NCBI GenBank assembly: GCA_964507075.1 | Contig: CAZDOL010000004.1 | Location: 13,730 to 39,032, forward strand | Reading direction: 5' to 3' | Source: an uncultured Gammaproteobacteria bacterium | GTDB lineage: Bacteria > Patescibacteriota > Patescibacteriia > UBA2591 > UBA6264 | Length of the DNA: 25,303 nt | Shown here: positions 15,171 to 22,621 of the stretch, in pieces | Position numbering within the stretch: position 1 is the stretch's first letter | Layout of the letters: each line of letters opens with the position of its first letter | Notes under the pieces: generated by a model | Databases searched by the model: none | Seen by the model: the letters and a program-made list of their open reading frames with translations, nothing else | What the model was told of the DNA's origin: nothing | Program-made: the position numbers and the translations under genes

Positions 15171-16588
15171 TATGGTATAATTTTAGCGATTTGTAAAATC
15201 TTATCATCTTCTAAATAATTGCCGATGATTTGTAATCCTGCTGGCAAGTTCTTAACCTTGCCCACTGGCAAAGAAATGGCAGGCAAACCAGCTAAATTCA
15301 CTGAAGCTGTGCAAATATCAGACAAATACATAGCCAAAGGGTCGTCAATTTTGTCTCCTAAAGAAAAAGCAGTGGTAGGAGTGGTAGGAGTGATTAAACA
15401 ATCTAAACCACTTTCAAAAACTTTAGTAAAATCTCTCTTAATTAAAGACCTTACTTTTTGAGCACGCAAATAATAATCTTCTTTATGTCCTGCTGACAAG
15501 CTATAAGCTCCCAACATAATACGACGTTTTACTTCTTCGCCCAAACCCTGAGAACGGGAATCTAAATAGACATCAAGTAAATGCTTTGATTTTTTAAAGC
15601 TGGAAAGCCCGTACTTTATTCCGTCATATCTGGCCAAATTAGCTGAAATCTCTGCGGGCATAATAATATAATAAACAGCCAAAGCGTATTCAGTGTGTGG
15701 CAAACTCACTTCTTTTATGATCGCCCCCTGTTTTGCTAAATCATCAATTTTTTTCATGATAATAGATTTGATCTGAAAATCTAGTCCCCTTTGAAAATAT
15801 TCTTTAGGAATCCCTATTTTAACCCCTTTTAAATTTTTAATATTAGACTGAGGCAATAAAAATGATTTTTTAATGCTGGTAGAATCTAAAGTATCATAAC
15901 CCTTAATTGCATCTAAAATTATTTTCGCTCCTTCTGCTGTTTGAGCTAATGGACCAATTTGATCCAAAGAAGAAGCAGTAGCAATTAATCCATAACGCGA
16001 AACCAAACCATAGGTTGGTTTAAATCCCACCACTCCGCAAAAACTGGCTGGCTGACGGACAGAACCCCCTGTATCAGAGCCCAAGGAACCTAAACACATC
16101 TGACTAGCAACTGCTGCTGCAGAGCCACCAGAAGAGCCACCTGGAACACAATTTAAACTGTGAGGATTTTTAACTGGACCAAAATATGATGTTTCATTAG
16201 AAGAGCCCATAGCAAACTCATCCATATTAGTTTTGCCGATTAAAACTGCGCCCGCTTGTTTCAATTTTTTGATTACAGTAGCATCATAAGTTGCTTTATA
16301 TTTTTCTAAAATTTTAGACCCAGCAGTACATGGTATGTCTTTTACTAAAATATTGTCTTTAATTGCTATGGGAATACCTGCTAAAATATTTTTTTTAAAA
16401 CTTTTTTTTGCATCCACTTTCTTAGCTTGTTGCAAACTTTGTTTTTCTAAAATAGTGATAAAAGCATTAATCTTTGAATTCTTGCTTTTAATAATTTTAA
16501 GACAACTTTTCACTAATTCTTCACTAGAAAAATCTCCGTTCTTTAATCCTTGGTTGGCTTGTTTAATTGTTAGGGTATTTAATTCCAT
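15170..16588 (-). CDS. gatA: Glu-tRNA(Gln)/Asp-tRNA(Asn) amidotransferase subunit A.
   Basis: The ORF is 472 aa and carries the amidase signature 'GGSSGGSAAAVA...GSDTGGSVRQPASFCG'. It lies directly downstream of gatC. Confidence 0.95.
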   Translation of the reverse strand: MELNTLTIKQANQGLKNGDFSSEELVKSCLKIIKSKNSKINAFITILEKQSLQQAKKVDAKKSFKKNILAGIPIAIKDNILVKDIPCTAGSKILEKYKATYDATVIKKLKQAGAVLIGKTNMDEFAMGSSNETSYFGPVKNPHSLNCVPGGSSGGSAAAVASQMCLGSLGSDTGGSVRQPASFCGVVGFKPTYGLVSRYGLIATASSLDQIGPLAQTAEGAKIILDAIKGYDTLDSTSIKKSFLLPQSNIKNLKGVKIGIPKEYFQRGLDFQIKSIIMKKIDDLAKQGAIIKEVSLPHTEYALAVYYIIMPAEISANLARYDGIKYGLSSFKKSKHLLDVYLDSRSQGLGEEVKRRIMLGAYSLSAGHKEDYYLRAQKVRSLIKRDFTKVFESGLDCLITPTTPTTAFSLGDKIDDPLAMYLSDICTASVNLAGLPAISLPVGKVKNLPAGLQIIGNYLEDDKILQIAKIIP

Positions 16589-16591
16589 ATA

Positions 16592-16882
16592 TTATTGCAA
16601 AGGGTTTTTAGTTTTAATAAAACGATCATATTTCTCTGGTACTTCTTTTAAAAGCCTTGGGTTTGTTTCTGGATCAAAGGTCAATGACTTGTCTTCTCTA
16701 AAAACATTTTTTGAACCAATCAAATCTTCATAGGGCTCTATTCCCTGTATTTTCGCCTTTTTTAAATGGTCCACATAATCCAAAATACTTCCCAACTGTT
16801 TTTGGTATTTTTTAACATCAGAATCAGTTAATTTTATTTTAACCAATCCGGCAATATGCTGAATTTGTTCCTCGTCAATCAT
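16592..16882 (-). CDS. gatC: Amidotransferase subunit C.
   Basis: The ORF is 96 aa. 'HIAGLVKIKLTDSDVKKYQKQLGSILDYVDHL' is the typical GatC N-terminus. It overlaps the ligA stop by 4 nt. Confidence 0.9.
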   Translation of the reverse strand: MIDEEQIQHIAGLVKIKLTDSDVKKYQKQLGSILDYVDHLKKAKIQGIEPYEDLIGSKNVFREDKSLTFDPETNPRLLKEVPEKYDRFIKTKNPLQ

Positions 16883-18912
16883 CTTATTTTATCTTTTAAA
16901 AATTGTAAAAATTGAGGCTCAGAAAGTGTTTTTATTTTTGCTTTTTTTGCTTTTTGATATTTAGCTCCTGAATTTCGTCCATAAACCAAAAAATCTGTTT
17001 TAACGCTAACGTTTCCAGAAACTTGCCCCCCCAAATTACGTATTTTCTGAGTTACTATTTCTCTGGTCATACCCGACAAAGAACCAGTTAAAACAAATTT
17101 CTTTCCTTGTAATGCTTGATTAGATTTCCTTTTGGCATAGATTATCTTTAAGCCAGATTTTTTTAATCTTTCTAAAAATTCAATATTATTCGCGTCTTGA
17201 AACCAATTAAAAATACTCCCCCCCATTTTAGGACCAATATCAGAAATGCTAATTAAGAAATCTTGTGAAATTTTCTTTAACTTCTCTAGATTAACAAAAT
17301 AACTAGCTAAGTCAATGCTAGTTTGTTCTCCTATGTGCCTAATGCCTAAGGCGTAAATAAAATTGGAAAAACTAATTTTTTTGCTTTGCTCAATGGCTTT
17401 AATTAAATTGTCTGCTGATTTTTCAGCAAAACGCTCCAAAGAACTTAAATCCCCTATTTTTAAAGTAAAAAGGTCTGATGCGTCTTTAATTAAACCGCCA
17501 TTCATCAGCTGGATTACAATTTTGGGACCCAGGCCATCAATATTAAAACCTTTTTTAGAAACAAAATGATTAATAGTGCGCAAACGAATTGCAAAACATT
17601 TTTTATTTGGACAATAATGAGCAACTTCGCCTGAATGACGCACCACCCTACTCTGACAAATTGGACACTCATTGGGTATACGAAATTTTTTTTCTTTTCC
17701 TGTTCTTAAATTTTTTAAAACCTCAACTACAGCTGGAATTATATCACCTGCTTTTTCAATGATTACTGTATCTCCTATCTTTATACCTAAACGAATAATC
17801 TCATTTTCGTTATGTAAGGTCGCACGCGAAACAATAGAGCCAGCCAATTTAGTGGGCTTTAACACTGCTACTGGGGTCAAAGCGCCAGTTCTGCCTACTT
17901 GAATTACAATGTTTTCCACTACACTGGTGGCCTGTTCTCCTGGGAATTTATATGCCCTGGTCCAACGAGGAGATTTTCCTATTGCCCCTAAAATATTTTG
18001 TTGAGCGATATTATTTACTAAAACTGCCACTCCGTCATAAGCAAAAGAAGCAGTTGGCCTTTTCTTTAATTGTTGATTATAATATTCCTTAACCTCTTTT
18101 AAATTCTGAGAATATTTTGTTGCAATGTCAGTTTTAAAACCAAGCCCCTTCAAGATTTGATGAACTTCTTGATGGGTTTTTTGTCCTATATCATTAATAA
18201 TTTCAAAAATATAGCAATCTAAACGACGATTAGCCGTCACCTTAGAATCTAATTGACGAATAGACCCTGCCACTAAATTACGCGGATTAGCAAATAAAGG
18301 CAGTTTCTCTTTAGTTCTTTCTTTGTTTAATTTTTCAAAACTCTTTTGACTCATGAAAATTTCTCCTCTAACTATGATGTCAATGGATTTTTTTAATTTT
18401 AAAGGAATGGCTCCAACTGTTTTAATGTTCGTTGTTACGTCCTCCCCTATTAAACCATTGCCCCTGGTGGCTCCTTGAATTAAAATTCCTTTCTTGTATG
18501 TCAAAACAATATCTACTCCGTCTATTTTTCTCTCGCAATAATAACTGAATTTTTGTGGAACTTTTTCAGGGCCTGCCGTCTTCTTCCTTAAATAATCTTG
18601 CATATAGTTCTCCCAATCTTCTAATTCAGAAAAACTAAAAATGTCGCCAATAGAGAGTATTGGTTTGAAGTGATTAACTTTTGTAAATTTTTTTAAGGGT
18701 TCGCCCCCCACTCTTTGAGTTGGAGAATCTGGGGTTACAAAAGACGGATGCTGTTTTTCCAACTCTTGTAATTCATTTTTTAAAGAATCCCAAGCAGCGT
18801 CAGAAATTTCTGGTTTATCTAAAACATAATAAAGATGGCTGTGATAATTCAGCTCTTTACATAATTTAATAATTCTTTTTTGAGCATCCTTTTTATTAAT
18901 AATCTCAGACAT
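16879..18912 (-). CDS. ligA: NAD-dependent DNA ligase.
   Basis: The ORF is 677 aa with the adenylation motif 'CERKIDGV', the zinc finger 'CPICQSRV...HYCPNKKC', HhH repeats and a C-terminal BRCT domain ('GKKFVLTGSL'). Confidence 0.95.
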   Translation of the reverse strand: MSEIINKKDAQKRIIKLCKELNYHSHLYYVLDKPEISDAAWDSLKNELQELEKQHPSFVTPDSPTQRVGGEPLKKFTKVNHFKPILSIGDIFSFSELEDWENYMQDYLRKKTAGPEKVPQKFSYYCERKIDGVDIVLTYKKGILIQGATRGNGLIGEDVTTNIKTVGAIPLKLKKSIDIIVRGEIFMSQKSFEKLNKERTKEKLPLFANPRNLVAGSIRQLDSKVTANRRLDCYIFEIINDIGQKTHQEVHQILKGLGFKTDIATKYSQNLKEVKEYYNQQLKKRPTASFAYDGVAVLVNNIAQQNILGAIGKSPRWTRAYKFPGEQATSVVENIVIQVGRTGALTPVAVLKPTKLAGSIVSRATLHNENEIIRLGIKIGDTVIIEKAGDIIPAVVEVLKNLRTGKEKKFRIPNECPICQSRVVRHSGEVAHYCPNKKCFAIRLRTINHFVSKKGFNIDGLGPKIVIQLMNGGLIKDASDLFTLKIGDLSSLERFAEKSADNLIKAIEQSKKISFSNFIYALGIRHIGEQTSIDLASYFVNLEKLKKISQDFLISISDIGPKMGGSIFNWFQDANNIEFLERLKKSGLKIIYAKRKSNQALQGKKFVLTGSLSGMTREIVTQKIRNLGGQVSGNVSVKTDFLVYGRNSGAKYQKAKKAKIKTLSEPQFLQFLKDKIR

Positions 18913-18955
18913 AATATTATTTTAACATATTTCCTCCTTTAAAACCATAATTTGT

Positions 18956-18994
18956 AAAAAGAAAAAAGGAGCAGCGTGTTCCTTTTGCTGCTCC
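18956..18994 (-). terminator. Rho-independent terminator upstream of ligA.
   Basis: The minus strand reads 'GGAGCAGC aaaaggaacac GCTGCTCC TTTTTTCTTTTT', an 8-bp GC-rich stem followed by a T-run. A second hairpin, 'CCCTCTC..GAGAGGG', lies at 19026-19046. Confidence 0.8.
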
Positions 18995-19065
18995 TACAAA
19001 ATTGCCCATATTTTGGCCGCCCATCCCCTCTCTCTAAAGGAGAGGGATTCAATTAAAGTTTCATA

Positions 19066-19221
19066 TTAACAACCATTGATGTTGAGACTCAGACAGGTAG
19101 CGCCTAAGCTCTTGCTTATAACATGTGAAGACGACTTTGAGAAGCTACTTCTCTTTTGTCGTGAGATTAAGCTGAAATAAGAAGAAAGACGAAAACACGG
19201 CGGTGAATGTACCTTTTTCAT
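19066..19221 (-). CDS. Candidate 51-aa small protein. The region could instead be a structured sRNA.
   Basis: An internal ATG of the 66-aa track ORF is preceded by 'AAAGGAGATTCCC'. The product would be MKKVHSPPCFRLSSYFSLISRQKRSSFSKSSSHVISKSLGATCLSLNINGC. It has its own promoter-like and terminator elements. A second ORF overlaps in another frame, so coding is uncertain. Confidence 0.3.
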   Translation of the reverse strand: MKKVHSPPCFRLSSYFSLISRQKRSSFSKSSSHVISKSLGATCLSLNINGC

Positions 19222-19302
19222 GGGAATCTCCTTTCTGTATTTTTTCCGTCTTCTGACGACGGTCAAAAACGGTCAAAAAAACAACCTCCATATAATAAAA
19301 TT

Positions 19303-19331
19303 AGTATATATGTCCAAGTCAAATCCGTCAA
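19303..19331 (-). promoter_or_regulatory. Sigma70-like promoter for the orphan unit.
   Basis: The minus strand has TTGACG (19331-19326), a 17-nt spacer and TATACT (19308-19303). It lies just downstream of the HD-gene terminator. Confidence 0.4.
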
Positions 19332-19333
19332 GC

Positions 19334-19365
19334 AAAAAGTTTGGTGGCTCGGCCACCAAACTTTT
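19334..19365 (-). terminator. Terminator of the HD-domain gene. It is the same hairpin as 267-299 in inverted orientation.
   Basis: 'aaaaagtttggtgg ctcg gccaccaaactttt' begins 1 nt past the stop at 19367. It is the exact reverse complement of 'aaaagtttggtggccgagccaccaaactttt' at 267-299. Confidence 0.75.
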
Positions 19366-19366
19366 A

Positions 19367-19924
19367 TTATAATCCTAAATCAGTAGCAATTTCCTGCATG
19401 GCCTTAAGCCCTATATCTAAAAATTTTTCTAAATCCATATTAAAACTAGAACAAGTAATTATAGCTTCTCTTCTAGCACCCATAGCAAATCTGCTTTCTT
19501 TAAATCTTCTAAGTAATGATTTTAATTTTAAATCAACTAATTTTCTACTAGGTAAAACCAAAGTAGAAGCAACTATTAAACCGGTTAAAGGGTCGGTGGC
19601 ATAAAGACATTTCTCTATTAATTTTTCTGGAGTTTTTCCGGTCTTTTCGTTATGAGCGCGGATGGCATCTGTTATTCTTTTTTCAATTCCCAAAATATCT
19701 AACTCATCAGCACTTTTGTTTCCATGTTTGCAGGGGTCGCTAAGACATTCTTCATCTTCCATATCTAAATCATGCAAAAGTCCTGCTAAGCCCCAAATTT
19801 CTGGGTCTTCTTTGAAATTAATAGCCAAAGCTCTCATAATAGCTTCTGTGGCTAACATATGTTTAATAGAATTTGGATTCTTAACTCTTTCTTGAATTAA
19901 TTCTAGGGCCTCTTCTCTGGTCAT
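19367..19924 (-). CDS. HD-domain (HDIG-type) metal-dependent phosphohydrolase.
   Basis: The ORF is 185 aa. 'KHMLATEAIMRALA...GLLHDLD' supplies the H...HD motif, and 'IRAHN' supplies a downstream His. Confidence 0.8.
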   Translation of the reverse strand: MTREEALELIQERVKNPNSIKHMLATEAIMRALAINFKEDPEIWGLAGLLHDLDMEDEECLSDPCKHGNKSADELDILGIEKRITDAIRAHNEKTGKTPEKLIEKCLYATDPLTGLIVASTLVLPSRKLVDLKLKSLLRRFKESRFAMGARREAIITCSSFNMDLEKFLDIGLKAMQEIATDLGL

Positions 19925-20004
19925 ATTAATATTTTATTATATAAATTAAGGTAATTTAATTATAACACAATTAAATTATTGTTTATTCGTAAATGTTTTT
20001 GATA

Positions 20005-21132
20005 TTACAAAACAAAATTTTTTAAATTTTCTTTTGTGATTAATTTATAAGAATTGAGCCATGATATCTCTTTTTTCTTGCCATTTCTTTTAGGAGAACC
20101 CCACTTAAACTCGTATCCATATAACCCATTAGTTTCCTCTTCAATCAAATCAATCTCATTCCCGTCATATGTTCTCCAAAAATATTGGCTTATGTCATAT
20201 TTATGACAAAAACGAAATTTCATCCTCTCGGAAATTATAAAATTTTCCCACAATACTCCTGTGTCATTCCTGCTATCAGTAAAATTAAAATTATTTATAA
20301 CAGCGTTTCTTATGCCCGTATCATAAAAATATATTTTTTTTAATTTAGATATTTCCCTTCGTTTATTCTTGGTATATGGGTTGAGTCTAAAAACAATATA
20401 ATTTTTCTCTAAAATATCAATATATCTTTCAACTGTTTTTTTGTCTATTTTAACAGTTTTAGAAAGTTCATTATAAGAAACCTGACTACCTATTTGTAGA
20501 GCTAACGCTTTTAATAGTCTATTCAAAACATCTGGACTTTTAACTCCTTGAAAACCAAAAATATCTTTGTATATATAGCTTGAAGACAGTTCTTTGACCA
20601 ATTCTTTCTTGTTAGCAAATGATTTCTGCGACACAATATCTGGATAACATCCAAAAATCATCAAGCTTTCTAATCCTTTAACTAATTTTAAATAATTTTT
20701 GTCAGGATAAATTTCTTCCAAGCTTAAAGGAAAAAGCTGAAAAACATACTTTCTGCCCGTTAATGGCTCTTGAGTAGAATGCAATAAATTAAAACTGGAA
20801 GAGCCAGTCACTATGATTTGCTTTTTATCCTTATAATAATCTACCAACAATTTTAATGTTTGCCCGATATTTTCAACTTTTTGGGCTTCATCAATAAAAA
20901 TTATTTCACTATCACCCACTAATTGTTTTAAATAATCTAAATCTTTATTGATCAATTGTTCTCTATCTGTAGGATTATCACAATTAAAAGCCAGAAGTTT
21001 AGATTGTGAAACATTTTTTATCAAATCTAAACTAAGGGTTGTCTTTCCTGTTTGCCTAGCTCCAACTATAATTAGAATTTTACCCTTAAAAAACTTACTT
21101 TTTATATTTTTTGTTAATAATCTTTTATACAT
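20005..21132 (-). CDS. AAA+ ATPase of the AAA_14/DUF4143 (COG1373-like) type.
   Basis: The ORF is 375 aa with Walker A 'GARQTGKTT' and Walker B 'IIFIDEAQ'. The C-terminal half resembles the DUF4143 region ('GIRNAV...LWENFIISE'). Confidence 0.75.
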   Translation of the reverse strand: MYKRLLTKNIKSKFFKGKILIIVGARQTGKTTLSLDLIKNVSQSKLLAFNCDNPTDREQLINKDLDYLKQLVGDSEIIFIDEAQKVENIGQTLKLLVDYYKDKKQIIVTGSSSFNLLHSTQEPLTGRKYVFQLFPLSLEEIYPDKNYLKLVKGLESLMIFGCYPDIVSQKSFANKKELVKELSSSYIYKDIFGFQGVKSPDVLNRLLKALALQIGSQVSYNELSKTVKIDKKTVERYIDILEKNYIVFRLNPYTKNKRREISKLKKIYFYDTGIRNAVINNFNFTDSRNDTGVLWENFIISERMKFRFCHKYDISQYFWRTYDGNEIDLIEEETNGLYGYEFKWGSPKRNGKKKEISWLNSYKLITKENLKNFVL

Positions 21133-21407
21133 AATTAGCTTAATTTAGGGATTACATTCCCTATTTTACGCTTATATTTTATATTGTCAATTATGAAACT
21201 GTGGATAACCCAATTAAACAAAAAAGCGAGAAACCTCCTCACTTTTTATTCATCTTGGCTCCCTGCACCTGTCCAGAACCTTAAAGAATCAAACCCAGAT
21301 AGCGTTCCCGAGGATAAAAATACTGGTCTTAATGACGGACCTCGGTCGGGGTTAAACAGAAATTGACACTCTTTTCTACTGACATCTTTATTACTATTAA
21401 GGATGAT

Positions 21408-21839
21408 TTAATCATGTAAATTAGGAAATTTTTGAATTTCTTTACTAATTAAAGTTATTACATCATTTATAACAAATAAAACTTCTCCTTTCTTGTCTGT
21501 GTCGATTTTTAAATAAATTTTTAAACCTTTTTTTGAAAAATCTTCAGATTGGCAATTGTCAGAATAAGAACAAGATACATGATGGATAATACAATTACAA
21601 AATTCTCTAAGGGTCTTTGATCCATTTTTTACTGGAAGAGATATATCATCAATCATTTCGTATTCCAAACAAAGTCTTAACAAAATACAAAGAATTGCGA
21701 GTTTTACATATAAATAATAAATTTTATCATGGTCTCTCTTGTCGTTCCAAACTTCCAACCATCTACTAAAAAGTTCTTCAAAATCGCCTTTAATATCTTT
21801 GAATTCTTTTTTAGTTCTAGAATATAAATAATCTTTCAT
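21408..21839 (-). CDS. Hypothetical protein with a Cys/His cluster.
   Basis: The ORF is 143 aa and contains 'REFCNCIIHHVSCSYSDNC' (C-x-C-x3-HH-x2-C-x5-C). I recognise no family. Confidence 0.5.
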   Translation of the reverse strand: MKDYLYSRTKKEFKDIKGDFEELFSRWLEVWNDKRDHDKIYYLYVKLAILCILLRLCLEYEMIDDISLPVKNGSKTLREFCNCIIHHVSCSYSDNCQSEDFSKKGLKIYLKIDTDKKGEVLFVINDVITLISKEIQKFPNLHD

Positions 21840-21919
21840 AAATATTTCTTTTAATGTTTAAAAATAAAATCTCTGCAGCTCAAAAGAGTCACCGAGATAA
21901 ACTTCTAATTTTAACTACT

Positions 21920-22192
21920 CTAAACATAAGTAGTTTTTAGTTTTATTAAAGTATCCCTCAATATTAGCTTTAGGGTCTTTTTGCCTTTGGTAGTTTTGAA
22001 ATATCTTTCCCTTCTCTTGGCGTCTTTTTCTGAAATAAAAGCTTCGTAATAGATTAATTTCAATGGTCTTCTATGGCTGGTACTTTTTGTTCCTCCTGTA
22101 TTATGATTATCTAATCTTTCTTTTAAGTTGCTGCTATATCCAATATAAAATTTATGATCTTTTAGGCTAAGAAGAATATAAGCATAATACAT
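21920..22192 (-). CDS. Small GIY-YIG nuclease-superfamily protein (UPF0213-like).
   Basis: The ORF is 90 aa. 'YYAYILLS..HKFYIGYSSNLKERLDNHN' gives the GIY...YIG motifs with the conserved Arg, and 'YYEAF...A..RE..FK' gives the catalytic Glu region. Confidence 0.85.
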   Translation of the reverse strand: MYYAYILLSLKDHKFYIGYSSNLKERLDNHNTGGTKSTSHRRPLKLIYYEAFISEKDAKRRERYFKTTKGKKTLKLILRDTLIKLKTTYV

Positions 22193-22261
22193 ATTGGTAT
22201 TATTTTAAAGCGGCCATAAACCACGTGGGGTTTACGGCCCTGAACCCTATGTGGTTCAGGG

Positions 22262-22332
22262 CTCGGGGGCAGGGATTCGAACCCCGATTCCCAGGACCAA
22301 AACCTGGTGGCCTACCATTAGCCGACCCCCGA
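22262..22332 (-). tRNA. tRNA-Gln (anticodon UUG).
   Basis: The minus strand reads TCGGGGG-TC-GGC-TAATGGTAG-GCC-A-CCAGG-TTTTGGT-CCTGG-GAAT-CGGGG-TTCGAAT-CCCTG-CCCCCGA-G. The cloverleaf is complete, with a 3-bp D stem. Confidence 0.9.
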
Positions 22333-22375
22333 ACGTATAAAATCATCCTAACATATATTATTATAATTATCAAGA

Positions 22376-22407
22376 ATAAAAAAAATGGCGGACGCAAAGG
22401 GTCCGCC
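22376..22407 (-). terminator. Rho-independent terminator upstream of tRNA-Gln.
   Basis: The minus strand reads 'GGCGGAC cctttgc GTCCGCC ATTTTTTTT', a 7-bp GC stem followed by a T-run. Confidence 0.8.
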
Positions 22408-22443
22408 ACAAGAAAAATAAGAGGGGGGAAGACTACTATTATA

Positions 22444-22575
22444 CTAACTAAAGGAAGATTGAAAATATTTTCTTCTCGCTTTTGTGGCTCTCAGGAAAGA
22501 AAAAACGAGAGACCAGAAAGAGAAAGAAAGAAACACAGATGTAGCAATTTCTTGCCAAAGGGTTAGCTTCTTCAC
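22444..22575 (-). CDS. Candidate 43-aa small membrane protein with a GTG start.
   Basis: 'AAGGAGG' (22582-22588) lies 6 nt upstream of GTG. The product would be (M)KKLTLWQEIATSVFLSFSFWSLVFSFLRATKARRKYFQSSFS, with one hydrophobic helix and a basic tail. It sits between the post-murJ hairpin (22592-22614) and the terminator at 22376-22407. It is below the ORF-track size cutoff. Confidence 0.35.
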   Translation of the reverse strand: MKKLTLWQEIATSVFLSFSFWSLVFSFLRATKARRKYFQSSFS

Positions 22576-22621
22576 CCTAAACCTCCTTTCTACTCCAGGG
22601 TCGGACCCTGGAGTAATGTTT

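Noticed and set aside
15170-16882. gatC-gatA without an adjacent gatB, as a possible anomaly.
   Set aside because: A terminator follows gatA directly, and gatB is often encoded elsewhere in bacterial genomes. This is not unusual enough to report.
21184-21366. A 60-aa + strand ORF (TTG start) in the long intergenic gap.
   Set aside because: It has no ribosome-binding context, lies on the opposite strand to all its neighbours, and has a polar low-information sequence. The region is better treated as non-coding (see the finding for 21133-21407).
21408-21839. A HEPN-type RNase motif (R-x4-6-H) in the 143-aa hypothetical ('LREFCNCIIHH').
   Set aside because: The Arg-to-His spacing is 7 residues. 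The position that would give a canonical RN-x3-H reads CN. The match is too weak to call, so only the Cys/His cluster is reported.
20005-22332. An integrated mobile element bounded by a duplicated tRNA-Gln 3' end.
   Set aside because: I looked for a second copy of the tRNA 3' segment ('tcgggggcagggattcgaacc' or its complement) at lower coordinates and found none by eye. There is also no integrase or recombinase ORF. The block is reported only as accessory-looking.
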